This document shows positions 32,001-42,947 of a stretch of DNA of 64,000 nt, one piece after another; the first letter of the stretch is position 1; every line of letters begins with the position of its first letter. This stretch comes from Candidatus Multivorans sp. GTDB taxonomy: Bacteria; Acidobacteriota; Thermoanaerobaculia; Multivoradales; Multivoraceae. The notes under the pieces were generated by a model. That model was not told where the DNA came from, did no database searches, and was given only the letters and a program-made list of their open reading frames with translations. The stretch is taken from positions 3,200,001 to 3,264,000 of the forward strand of contig OZ245033.1 of the NCBI GenBank assembly GCA_965224025.1. Direction: 5' to 3'. The position numbers were made by a program, and so were the translations under genes.

Positions 32001-33141
32001 AAGGAGAAGTCAGGATGCGGAATCCGTGGACGGTCCGTTCCGATACTCCACAAACCTGTTTTTGGGAGAAGATGCTTCGACGGACAGTGGCGCTTGGAGG
32101 TTGTACTTGAAGAATCATGGTTCTGGCGGCCCGATTAGACTGAGGTCGTGGGGTCTTGTGATCTACGGGCATGGAAGGGAGTCTGTTACGCCGAGTAATT
32201 CGGATGTTCTGGATAGCGTCAGTCGATTGCTTGCTGAGCCTGAACCTGAGCCTGAACCTGAGCCTGAGCCTGAACCTGAGCCTGAACCTGAGCCTGAACC
32301 TGAACCTGAGGAACACTGCAGTACGCATATTTCGCCGTATTGGCAAGGCAACGGCGGATTCGCAGTGAGGCCCGCCAATGGCAGGTCAGTAAAGGTGGAG
32401 ATTAGTTGCAGCGGGCTGAGTGTTAGCGAGACTCTTTACGCTAGAGACGACGGACGCATCGTTCAGCTTCTGGATAAGCCGATATGCGTGGCGGACGACG
32501 GGAGACCGATTCAGGGTGATGTGCGGTTTGAGGGAGCGCGAAGCGATGGCTGGTACTGGATCAATGGAGATATGAACGCAGCGGTGTCGTCTCTGGTGTG
32601 TGAATCGAAGACTGGACAGTTTCGTGCGCTTGATCCTGGCGGTATTGAGGTTCGTACGGGTTCGGGCGGAACGTTCGTCTCTCATCATCGGAGCGGACTG
32701 ATTGGGATCGTTCCGCATGGTATGAGGAGTGGCGACGACACCTACGTTGCTCCGTTCTGGCGGGGCTGGGGCGGTGTCGTTGTCAAGCCGGTTGAGGGAG
32801 GGACTGCTGAGATCACGGTTCGATGCGGTTCGGGGGCGGAGACCTATTACCGTGAGCCGGACGGGAATGGAGTGGTTGCGGTGCTGTCACGCAACGAGGC
32901 GTGTAAGGATGGAGACGGGAAGCCACTGCGGGGATCGCTTGAGGTCAGAAACGTGGAGCCGGGCGGCTGGTACTGGGTCACCGGCGGGAAGAATGCGGCC
33001 GCTTCGGCACTTGTGCCGAAGAACAAACTGGGCAGCGTGGAAGCCGTTGACCCCACCGGACTGCTGATCGAGAGGAGCAAGGGTGGAACACTGTTCACCC
33101 ACGAACCGACGAAGCTGATTGGGATCGTTCCCCATCAGTAG
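26044..33141 (+). CDS. Cadherin/Fn3 repeats + kexin-like S8 peptidase + P-domain + EP linker + duplicated C-terminal domain (same frame as upstream ORF)
   Basis: IVDSGID (Asp 30811), DGHGMNVAG (His 30937), TGGN, GTSAAAP (Ser 31510), FGFGLVDA, FVEHVEI..GAWRL..LRSWGLVIYGH. Confidence 0.88.
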   Translation: MDSASFTVGAMSGQLKTVDGVAYDYETKSEYSFIMRVSDGDAATDDDTAPVTAALVDVDESELERNSAPVFREADDPVRRSVAENTPDGMAVGQSGTGINWWRGVPITATDADNDAVEYSLSGAHESWFEVDQNGQVLIKVPLTDAEAPDVASVIIAATDGHGGSASKNVEITVEEYVNVGTISISEIDPPDRFTIHHTNYRVSLLPVDAGITEMVVYSRVLGNTGFSPIYGDTWQSACYGDKLRDAFGRENWDCTIAVLPGGNYDLLLRVVKDGGNIWLPPEVVRDGSKPAFGDDSYTLSLPENTTEGVSVGEPFMATHADSLSYALRGPDGDSFAIDRNTGQILTTGEMYDFEAKAIYSVTVTASSIATRVMSTVDVTINLRDVSEPPLAPAAPTITSPTTSSLAVSWQPPPNVGRPPVTSYRLRYREKDGVSYTALSIVDVTTAIDDLVEDTAYLVQVKAVNDEGESEWSIHGEGKTVTGGNRPPEFDPVSTERNPRRFRIDENTAEGANIGGPVSATDSDGDSLSYTLSGADSNDFAIDVGNGQLKTLTVFDHEALVLRSLGESKSLVVTADDGKDKTRAYVEILVVDVEEPPPIPAAPVLSAHSEESIAVSWSLPVAGEHPPVTHHILYYYRKNPGIVLQTTDKIDADVTTHILSGLAPGSRYWVFLRSYNEEGQTESEIVDRIPSASAVPIFTDDAYSRSVEENASSAVEVGAAVSLSYGGSGSIEFSLEGGDASSFTVAGTGNDAQRLTTGVGYDAETKNLFSFKLKASVVGEGEALASVVVDISDVEEPPSPPSAVRVVRASTASHRSLDVSWVAPADAGKPPVMGYDVQFRKDGAADYVDGPQAVPGTASLLRNLESATTYDVQVSANNDEGDGDWSAAVQGETDEASPQSAPSAVRVTAESHKSLDVSWVAPADAGKPPVTGYDVQFRKDGAAGYVDGPRAVTGTASLLHNLESDTAYDVQVRAINDIGPGGWSVAVQGATNPSPVFGLAEAPRATAHPGDRTVTVMWEPSSGADASSVYDVAYIGDGSSSWNVWTGHGSGMGSIYAVLPRILENGRTYSVKVREKRGSEASDWSDVLEVTPFDIPEPYHFYDTHALRLDDLPGVVIGGTIVGTDQDSFMITVPDNSRRRVCYVTVWESALSSRFHLEIEETPGTAGERSRTRFGPVHSELISSEADGRVRLLAVPGDEGEPKTYRITGSLEGRTGRGSKVAYDVLCRGFLPKKTREDAIGLGGDYPGTVLWRNMDDKHYHKFRIQESSLVTIRTRGVLDSLVTLSDSSGNDLFKSDDGYELGNVFDGVIPPMILHYDQSVPEPGVYYIEVALPYAYDVVSLFGQLIPVPPPASKRLLELDVMMISSASLGGSESRDDPDIAEIDVSSGSLLLGNGSKFIGDAIPRQYGKLESRAEVDWWKLVSAGTTYTPTGQTFPGIDVVIRGTAVRGSDLAVVVLDSGDPGSFVDSVSVRTERFPKAAYQFEHLVDGWTVSGYFPNGEYYLGVSSETNAIGYYALSAARDIEVQQYRYDSAIDAYDVGCDYPKPSFVHDPLYRCQWYLGRGHASDIKVLEAWANGNTGKGIEVKIVDSGIDDDHADLNIAPGKSFTWIDTPEPSQRYDDAFPDDRQDGHGMNVAGIVAAKANNFGIRGVAYEAGVYGVDFLGHQPDSRQAADANHADAIVRHMTTLGVSNHSYGPPDRGTLARSAKIWNMAVDTAVKEGLGGLGVSLVVTGGNHPWSRSNPNWRDVTTFGEHLGHMGVIAVCGVGKNGLRAYEQGMNLWVCGPSLGLDISDEFPLAVPSDEGMFTTDLYGRYVAGFSGTSAAAPVVSGVVALVRGASLQHGRDLTWRDAKLVLAESARKINPDDDSWQDGGQKYGDRSERYQYSRKFGFGLVDADKATRLVASWNNVPSLLRNSAVDRPNVDVSGRGSIERALTLDSDDIEFVEHVEIHVDMHAEDFKDVEIWIGSPSSVSEEFPSGWSELVPRRSQDAESVDGPFRYSTNLFLGEDASTDSGAWRLYLKNHGSGGPIRLRSWGLVIYGHGRESVTPSNSDVLDSVSRLLAEPEPEPEPEPEPEPEPEPEPEPEPEEHCSTHISPYWQGNGGFAVRPANGRSVKVEISCSGLSVSETLYARDDGRIVQLLDKPICVADDGRPIQGDVRFEGARSDGWYWINGDMNAAVSSLVCESKTGQFRALDPGGIEVRTGSGGTFVSHHRSGLIGIVPHGMRSGDDTYVAPFWRGWGGVVVKPVEGGTAEITVRCGSGAETYYREPDGNGVVAVLSRNEACKDGDGKPLRGSLEVRNVEPGGWYWVTGGKNAAASALVPKNKLGSVEAVDPTGLLIERSKGGTLFTHEPTKLIGIVPHQ
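28441..29020 (+). repeat. Tandem duplication of one Fn3 module (~290 bp x2)
   Basis: SLDVSWVAPADAGKPPV.GYDVQFRKDGAA.YVDGP.AV.GTASLL.NLES repeated, with clear DNA similarity. Confidence 0.85.
32236..32310 (+). repeat. GA(G/A)CCT hexamer repeat encoding (EP)12E linker
   Basis: Direct reading. Confidence 0.95.
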
Positions 33142-33234
33142 GAACAGTCGCGGCGTACGGTCTTCCCGATCGGGGTGTTCGGGTGGGTGCCTGGCCGTCT
33201 GGAGGAGTCGGGCGTGGAGACGCCGGCGGGAGTC

Positions 33235-36060
<2,826 letters not shown>

Positions 36061-36169
36061 CGACTCGTTTCGGGGGGAAGACGCGGCGCTAGCGCCGCCG
36101 GACGGCTCGCCGATTCGCAGTTCGTGAGTGCCCGGGGCGCGGCACTTTCCGCCGCCGCGACGCTACCCG

Positions 36170-37057
36170 CTAACCCTGGTCTCGCATGAACCCGAACGGG
36201 TCGCGGGTGTCGCCGCCGATCCGCACTTCGTAGTGCAGATGGTAGCCGGTCGCCCGTCCGGAGTTGCCAACCCGGCCCAACGTGTCGCCGCGCCGGACCT
36301 CCTGGCCCTCTTCGACCAGGATGTTCGACAGGTGACCGAAACGCGTCTCGTAGCCGAATCGGTGGACCATGTAGACGGCGCGGCCCAGGTTTCCCGCCCT
36401 TTCGGCGCGGACGACGATGCCGTCGGCCGTGGCAAAGACGGGCTGGCCGCGGTCGGCCGAGATGTCGATGCCGTCGTGGTGGGAGCGCTGCCCGGTGATC
36501 GGATCGCGGCGGAAGCCGAAGCCGCTGTTGATCACGCCCCGCACCGGCGAGACCATGGGCGTTGAACGGAGCAGGAGGAGGCGATCCTCTACGGCCTCGT
36601 TCACCTCGTCGAGCTGGCCGTCGAGCCGGGAGGCCCGGGCTTCGAGCAGTGAGAGGTCGTGGCTGTTGGGGGCCGTGGGACCCGGGTAGCTGCCGCCGGC
36701 GCCGGTCTCGGACGGGCGGTTCTCCGGCTCGCCGCCGACCATCTGCTCGAGGCCGGCGACGATCGCGAGATCCCGGGTGCGGTCCTCGGCGTCGGTCAGC
36801 GCCTGCTGCAGGCGCGAGATGCTGGTCTCGAACGAGTCGTTGGCGCGGCGCAGCTCCTCGTTCTCGCGCTCGATGCGGGCGAGGTCGCGGAGTTCCGCCG
36901 CCGACCGCACCTGGGCGACGGTGGCCCAGGTGACAAAGCCCAGTATCAAGACAGCAGCGGCCGCGGCGGTTCTCAGCCAGCCGCTGCTGACGCGGAACTG
37001 CCGCGTCCGCTTCTGCGAGTGCGGAACGAAGACAATCGTGTGGAACCTTGGTCGCAT
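36170..37057 (-). CDS. M23 family metallopeptidase with TM helix and coiled coil
   Basis: HDGIDIS, GNSGRATGYHLHYEV. Confidence 0.9.
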   Translation of the reverse strand: MRPRFHTIVFVPHSQKRTRQFRVSSGWLRTAAAAAVLILGFVTWATVAQVRSAAELRDLARIERENEELRRANDSFETSISRLQQALTDAEDRTRDLAIVAGLEQMVGGEPENRPSETGAGGSYPGPTAPNSHDLSLLEARASRLDGQLDEVNEAVEDRLLLLRSTPMVSPVRGVINSGFGFRRDPITGQRSHHDGIDISADRGQPVFATADGIVVRAERAGNLGRAVYMVHRFGYETRFGHLSNILVEEGQEVRRGDTLGRVGNSGRATGYHLHYEVRIGGDTRDPFGFMRDQG

Positions 37058-37133
37058 GCTGAGGAGAGCCTGTCCGGGGCTGAGTCGCTGCAGGCGTCGA
37101 CCACCGAGGCGCGAGGTATCGAAGAACCCGAAT

Positions 37134-37162
37134 ATTATCCCTCTTGGGCGAACCTGTGTCAA
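37134..37162 (-). promoter_or_regulatory. Sigma70 promoter for M23-secA
   Basis: TTGACA-17 bp-GATAAT. Confidence 0.7.
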
Positions 37163-37306
37163 GAGTCCAGACCCCCGTGGGGCGGCGTGTACGGGGTCGA
37201 TCGAGGCACTTTAGCAGCAAACGCCGGGAGTCGTCCCGGGAGTCGTCAGGGGGGCGGCCGGACGGGGCGGAGGGGAAGCCCCGCCCGACCGCCTTCCGCT
37301 TCGACG

Positions 37307-38824
37307 TCACGGTCCGCCGCGATCCAGTGGCCGGTACTGGATCGCTTCCGCAACGTGAGTGACGTCGACCTTGGGGGACTCGTCCAGGTCGGCGATGGTG
37401 CGAGCGACCTTGAGCGCGCGGGTCAGAGCCCGGGCGGACATCGCCAGGCGTTCGAACGCGGCGTCGATGAGGCTCTGCGCGGCGGTCGTCGGCCGGCAGT
37501 GCCGGTCGAGGTCCCGGCGCGCCATCGCGCTGTTCAGGGGCGTCGGATGTCCGGCGGGGAACCGGGACGCCTGGGTACGGCGGGCCGCCTTGACCCGCTC
37601 GGCGATCGAGGCTGAAGTCTCGCAGGCCGGCCCCTTCAGCTCCTCGAGGCTGGGTACCGGCATTTCGATGTGGAGATCGATGCGGTCGAGCAGAGGTCCC
37701 GAGAGCTGACGGCGGTAGCGGTCGATGTCCCGGGGCGCACAGACGCATTCCGCGCGGGGATCTCCAAGATGGCCGCAGCGGCAGGGGTTGCAGGCGGCTA
37801 CCAGTGTGAAGCGCGCCGGGAAGGTGAGCCTGGCCTGAGCCCTGACGACCGTGACGATGCCGTCCTCGAGCGGCTGGCGCAATGCCTCCAGCGCGTCGCG
37901 TCGGAACTCGGGCAGTTCGTCGAGGAACAGCACGCCGCCGTGAGCAAGGCTGATCTCTCCCGGTCTCGGCATGGCGCCGCCGCCGATCAGCCCGGACGAG
38001 GACACCCCCGCGTGCGGGCTGCGGAAGGGGCGTGTCCACAGCAGTCGATTGCCGCGGGCGGCGCCGGACAGGGAGTGGATCTTGGTTACCGTGATCGCTT
38101 CGGCCTCACTGAGCGGAGGCAGGATGCCGGGGAGCCGGCGGGCGAGCATCGTCTTGCCGGTGCCCGGCGGCCCCACGAAGAGGACGTTGTGTCCGCCGGC
38201 GGCGGCGATCTCGAGCGCCCGCTTGGCGGTTTCCTGGCCCCGGACATCGGAGAAGTCCGGAGTCGCGCCGTTGGTGTCGCTACGGGGGAGCGGAATCGCC
38301 GGGCCGATGACCAGGTCGTCGCTCAGGTGCTGGATCGCGTCCCGCAGATGGGTGATCGGTACCACCGGCGTCCCGGACAGCGCCGCGGCCTGCCGGCTGT
38401 TCGCGGCCGGGAGCAGGAGCTCGCGGATGCCGAGCTTGCCGGCCAACTCGGCGACCTGGAGGGCGCCGCGGATCGGACGCACCTCGCCGTCCAGGCCCAG
38501 CTCGCCACAGGCCATCCGGCCCTCCAGCGAGTCGGTCGTCAGTTCGCGGTGGGCGGTGAGGAGACCCAGCGCGATCGGCAGGTCGAGCTGGTTGCCCTCC
38601 TTCTTCAGGTCGGCCGGAGCGAGGTTGATGACCACATTGCGGTTCTTCAGGTCGTAGCCGCTGTTGCGGATCGCCGAACGCACCCGGTCCCGACTCTCGC
38701 GAACCGCGGTATCGGGCAGCCCGATCAACTGCATCGCGGGCAGACCGAAGTCGGCCCCGACTTCCACCTGGACCTCCCGCGCCTCGATGCCCCAGGGCGT
38801 CGCGGAACTCATGTAAGCGATCAC
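37307..38824 (-). CDS. comM: ComM/YifB Mg-chelatase-related AAA+ ATPase
   Basis: GLPDTAVRESRDRV, GPPGTGKT, GVLFLDELPEF, LSGPLLDRID. Confidence 0.92.
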   Translation of the reverse strand: MIAYMSSATPWGIEAREVQVEVGADFGLPAMQLIGLPDTAVRESRDRVRSAIRNSGYDLKNRNVVINLAPADLKKEGNQLDLPIALGLLTAHRELTTDSLEGRMACGELGLDGEVRPIRGALQVAELAGKLGIRELLLPAANSRQAAALSGTPVVPITHLRDAIQHLSDDLVIGPAIPLPRSDTNGATPDFSDVRGQETAKRALEIAAAGGHNVLFVGPPGTGKTMLARRLPGILPPLSEAEAITVTKIHSLSGAARGNRLLWTRPFRSPHAGVSSSGLIGGGAMPRPGEISLAHGGVLFLDELPEFRRDALEALRQPLEDGIVTVVRAQARLTFPARFTLVAACNPCRCGHLGDPRAECVCAPRDIDRYRRQLSGPLLDRIDLHIEMPVPSLEELKGPACETSASIAERVKAARRTQASRFPAGHPTPLNSAMARRDLDRHCRPTTAAQSLIDAAFERLAMSARALTRALKVARTIADLDESPKVDVTHVAEAIQYRPLDRGGP

Positions 38825-39033
38825 ATGGACTTAGACGGAAAACGGCGCCCGGAACCTCGATCCGGCTCTGGCCGGCATCCGCGCGCGCCGTACCCGCTGC
38901 CGGGTTCTGGGCGTTCCGCCCCCTGAACGCAGTGAGAGCGCAGCACTGCACCGGGAGTACCTTCCAGACCCTAATCGTCACTTCGTAGGACTCGGAAGTG
39001 CTGGTTATACAAGGGTTATAGGCCATTCAGAGT

Positions 39034-39194
39034 ACAGAGACCGGCGTTCGGCGCGATGTCGCCGAGGCGTGTCTAGCTCACGTCGTGAGGGATCGGACGG
39101 AAGCGGCCTACGCTCGATCAGACCTTTCGCGCAGCGCCGCGAGGTCATGCGGGACTGGGCCGACTACGTCGGCGGAGTAACGCCGGCCGCCTGA
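39034..39194 (+). pseudogene. C-terminal remnant of P4-like tyrosine integrase
   Basis: VAEACLAHVVRDRTEAAYARSDL, frameshift, QRREVMRDWADYV. Confidence 0.75.
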
Positions 39195-39252
39195 AGGGCG
39201 GACAGCGGAAGCTCGTAACGACGACGGCGCAGCAGAGTTGGAGGAGGAAGCG

Positions 39253-39405
39253 ATGGACCTTGCGGCCGACGCCGGCATCAACACAAGGGACTACGGCCTG
39301 TGGCAGAGGGGGGAGGTCGAGCAGTGGCACCAGATCGAGCTTGTCGAGCTACATGGAGGCAAGATCGTCCACGGCCGCCCGCTGCCGGTCTTGAGGGAGT
39401 GGTGA
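39253..39405 (+). CDS. 50-aa hypothetical ORF inside the relic element
   Basis: GGAGGAGG RBS then MDLAADAGINTRDYGLW.. Confidence 0.35.
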   Translation: MDLAADAGINTRDYGLWQRGEVEQWHQIELVELHGGKIVHGRPLPVLREW

Positions 39406-39659
39406 TTCCGGCTTCGTGACCGGCGATCCCGTGGCCAACTGGCCACGCGCCATCTTGTCCGGTGGTGTGCACAATGGAAGACGTGCACGCAACACCGATG
39501 CATCGAAGCGCCGCGGTGGGAGGGGACTACGGCTGTCGACGTGACGCGCTGCCGCTTCGACTTCGACCGACGCGACCGCGGCGTCGAGAACTGGATCCCC
39601 GTCGCCGAGGTCCGATGGCCGGTCGACCGCCACCACATGCTGACCTTGCAGGACGGCGA

Positions 39660-40116
39660 GGGGGTTCGACGGTCGCGGCCGCGGTCGCCGATGCGGTGCT
39701 GCGGGGCCGCTCCAGCAGGCGCGGGCCGAGTCCGTGGTCGTCGCTTCGAGCTTCGACCAAGCGAGGCTGACGTTCGATCACGTCCTCGCGTTCGGCGACT
39801 ACCGCGACAACCGGGCGCGGTGGCGGATCAACGACACGGCCAACCGGGCGTCGATCGAGGACCGACGGACGGGCTGTCGGGTCCGGTGCGTGGGCAGCGA
39901 TCCGCGGCGCGCTCACGGCCCGCGCCGGCGTTGGTCCTGGCCGACGAGCCGGCGCAGTGGGAGCCGACGAAGAGCGACGCCATGTACGCGGCGTTGTTGA
40001 CCGCGATGGGGAAGATCCCGGGCGCGCGGATGGTCGCGTTCGGAACCCGTCCAGCCGACCCCGACCACTGGTTCGGCAAGCTGTTGGCCGGCGGGGCCGC
40101 GTACGCGCAGGTACAT
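39660..40116 (+). pseudogene. Frameshifted phage terminase large-subunit ATPase fragment
   Basis: VVVASSFDQARLTF, GSDPRRAHG, frameshift, Walker-B-like LVLADEPAQW, MVAFGT. Confidence 0.65.
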
Positions 40117-40481
40117 CGCGACCAGCTCGTACAGCACATGGTCGCGGCCTGCGGCGTTCGCGTCGACCTGGTGAGCAGTTCGGACGGCACCGGCGCGCGC
40201 GAGGGCTGGCGTCGGTTCCCGTTCGGCAGCGTCGTTCCGCTCGGCCGACTCGTGAGCGCCGAGCTGGCCGACAAGCTCGACATGCCGGGACTGACGCTCG
40301 CTTGGGACGAACTACGGGCCGCGGACGTTACGGGGCGGCCAGGGCCTTCCAGAGCCTCAGAGGCGGCGGAATGGCCGCTCAGGCGGCCGCACGGGTCGCC
40401 GGGTTCGAGGGCCTGACCGACGCCGACTTCGAGACGCCGGCCAGTAGCCAAGTCGGCCACGACCCGCCGGACGACAACTGA
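40117..40481 (+). pseudogene. Possible phage portal/head gene C-terminal fragment
   Basis: AACGV..SDGTGAREGWRRF..PLGRLVSAELADKL..ARAFQSL; similarity judged by eye only. Confidence 0.35.
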
Positions 40482-40529
40482 GCGCCGGAAACCGTAGATT
40501 CTTCAAGGACTTCCGGCTCTTCAAGCGAA

Positions 40530-40559
40530 TGAGAGCGCAGGCGTGAACCTGCGCTCTCA
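40530..40559. terminator. Perfect 12-bp hairpin
   Basis: tgagagcgcagg-cgtgaa-cctgcgctctca; no U-tract, so terminator role uncertain. Confidence 0.4.
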
Positions 40560-41077
40560 GGGTGTCCCCGGCCTGGATGGATGCGTTTTCGCGGTGGGCG
40601 TCGGGCGCCCGCTGGGCCTCGACTCGTTCTCGTTGGCCTCGGCGCGTCCGGTTCGGATCGACGATCCGACGGACGCTCGGGCGATTCAGGCGACGGTCGA
40701 GCGGCCGGATGGCATTCGTCCACTCAGGCTGCGGACTTGGCGGCCCCCGGCTTGGCGCTCTGGGCGGTTTGCCTCAGGCGGGCCGGGGGCGGGAGATGGC
40801 CCGGCGGTGTCATGGCGCCTCCTTCCGTTGCATCGGTGGAATCACGGTAAGGGGCCGCAACGGGAGTTGTCAAGCGTCCGACCGGTCGGACGGTCGCGGG
40901 GACCTGGGGGCCGCTGCTGGCGTACACTTGCCCCGATACACCGGGTGCCATCCGCACGCCCGATGACGTGCGTCCGGATGGTTCGCGGGTGGCGCGGATC
41001 GCGCCACCAGGTGCGGAGGGGGTGCCGTCACGGTTCGGGCCGGGTTCAGGAAGCGTTGCCTGACTCTCTTTCTGCGT

Positions 41078-42538
41078 TTGCTGGCGAGGCTGTTCTTCCG
41101 CGGCGTCGAGGTCACGGGAAGCGAGAACGTGCCGCGAGACGGCGGCGGCCTGCTCGTCGCCTGGCATCCCAACGGACTCGCCGACGGCGTCCTGGTCCTC
41201 GGGTTCTGCCCCCGGCCGGTGACCTTCGGAGCCCGTCACGGTCTGTTCCGCATCCCCGTGGTGGGCTGGCTGCTGCGCGGCGTCGGCGCGGTGCCGCTCT
41301 ACCGGGCTCGGGATCGCGGCGAAACGGGCGCGTTCACAAGCGACGAGGAACGCCGGGCGGCGAACCACCGGAGTCTTGGCGCCCTTGCGGATGCGGCCCG
41401 GCACTCCTTCGTCGCCGTTTTCCCGGAGGGGGCCACGCACGACGAGCCGAACCTGCTCGAGTTGCGGGCCGGAGCGGCTCGGTTGTTCCAACTGGCCCGC
41501 GAAGGTGGCGGAGACCTGGCGCTGGTGCCGGTGGGGCTGCACTACGAGCGGAAGCATGCGTTTCGCTCCCGGGCTCTGGTGGCCTTTCACGAACCCGTCG
41601 AGTTGCCGGCCGATCTCCGCGTCGGCGACGGGGACGCAGCGGAGGGCACGGGTGACTCGGCTACGGACACGTTCGTCGACCGCCTGACCGGCGTGATCGA
41701 ACGGCAACTGATCGAGGTCACCCACCCGACGCAGAGCTGGGGCATTCACCGGGCGATGGAGAGGGTGCGGTCTCTGGTGCGCGCCGAGGGCGCCGCGCGG
41801 GCGGGCGAGCGGCTGCGGCGGGCGCCGATGGACGAACGGGATCAGGGCTTTGCCCGCGTCTGGGCCGGCTACAGCACCCAGCGCGCCGTCGATCCGGAGG
41901 GGACGAGGCTGCTCACGCGCAGGGTGACGCGCTACGACGAAGCGCTGCGACTGCTGGGACTGAACGACCGGGAACTGGACGGCGCACCGCTGGCGCGGAC
42001 GGCGCTGCGCTTGGCGCTGCTCGGCGCCGAGGCGCTGGTCATGCTGCTGCTCCTGCCGACCGTTGTGCTGGTCGGCAACCTGATCAACCTGCCGGCGGCG
42101 CTGCTGGTGGTGCTCGGCGCGAAGAAGCTCTCGAAGACGAGGAAGGAGCAGGCGGGACTCAAGATGGTGCTCGGTCTCGTCATTCTGCCGACGGCGTGGA
42201 TCGTCGCGAGCTTCGCGGTCGGTATCGCCTGGACCGAGCCGTTGCCGGGATTCGACTGGGTGCCCGAATCCTTGTGGGCGCGCGTCGCCGGGATGCTCGG
42301 ATTGTGCGCCGTGTCGGCGTTGCTCGGCCTTCGCTACCATCGCCTGATCGCCGAACTCGGTCACGGTCTGCGGGCGCTGTGGACGGTGGGTCTGCGCACC
42401 GGAACGGTGAAGCGCCTGCGCCGGCGACGCGCCGAACTGTACGACGAGGTGGTCGGGCTGGCGGCGGATCTCGAACCGGCCGGAGACGGGGCGCCGGAAG
42501 AGAGAGCCGGGGCCGGTTTGGCGGATTCCGGGGCCTGA
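41078..42538 (+). CDS. PlsC-type glycerolipid acyltransferase with C-terminal TM helices
   Basis: HPNGLAD (HX4D), VFPEG, LVPVGL. Confidence 0.85.
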   Translation: MLARLFFRGVEVTGSENVPRDGGGLLVAWHPNGLADGVLVLGFCPRPVTFGARHGLFRIPVVGWLLRGVGAVPLYRARDRGETGAFTSDEERRAANHRSLGALADAARHSFVAVFPEGATHDEPNLLELRAGAARLFQLAREGGGDLALVPVGLHYERKHAFRSRALVAFHEPVELPADLRVGDGDAAEGTGDSATDTFVDRLTGVIERQLIEVTHPTQSWGIHRAMERVRSLVRAEGAARAGERLRRAPMDERDQGFARVWAGYSTQRAVDPEGTRLLTRRVTRYDEALRLLGLNDRELDGAPLARTALRLALLGAEALVMLLLLPTVVLVGNLINLPAALLVVLGAKKLSKTRKEQAGLKMVLGLVILPTAWIVASFAVGIAWTEPLPGFDWVPESLWARVAGMLGLCAVSALLGLRYHRLIAELGHGLRALWTVGLRTGTVKRLRRRRAELYDEVVGLAADLEPAGDGAPEERAGAGLADSGA

Positions 42539-42569
42539 AGATCATGGGGACTGGTAGTCTGCCGCCGTT

Positions 42570-42938
42570 GTGCGGCCGTCCGTCGTTCTTCTCGTGCTGC
42601 TCGCTGCCGGAGGCGTAGCCGCGGCAGCGCTCGTGTTGCTGCGGGTGCGGCAGCGGATCCACGCTCTGCGGCTCGAGGTGACCCGGGTTGCGACGTTGTG
42701 CGGCGCGCTGGAGAACAGGATCGACGGGATGTCGGATCGGGCGGCGGAGGTCGAAGAAGCGCTCTTCTTCGAGTTGTATCCGGCGGAGGTGCTGCCGTTG
42801 ATCGACAAGCTCGATCGGGGCGGCCGGCTGGCCGAGGGCGCGGCCGAGCGCCTGCGCCGCCTGACGCTGGAGATACGCGCGGAAGCTTGGTCCGACCACG
42901 GGGCGGACGTCGGTCTCACGCTTCCACGAGCGACATAG
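42570..42938 (+). CDS. Hypothetical membrane-anchored coiled-coil protein (paralog of 44065-44394)
   Basis: N-terminal TM; EVLPLIDKLDRGGRLAEGAAERLRRLTLEIRAEA. Confidence 0.65.
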   Translation: MRPSVVLLVLLAAGGVAAAALVLLRVRQRIHALRLEVTRVATLCGALENRIDGMSDRAAEVEEALFFELYPAEVLPLIDKLDRGGRLAEGAAERLRRLTLEIRAEAWSDHGADVGLTLPRAT

Positions 42939-42947
42939 CGCCGCCCG

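Noticed and set aside
32236-32310. Hexamer repeat as CRISPR or non-coding array
   Set aside because: No spacers; it is an in-frame EP linker
38830-39030. tRNA/tmRNA attachment site for the phage relic
   Set aside because: No cloverleaf or T-loop/CCA signature found by eye
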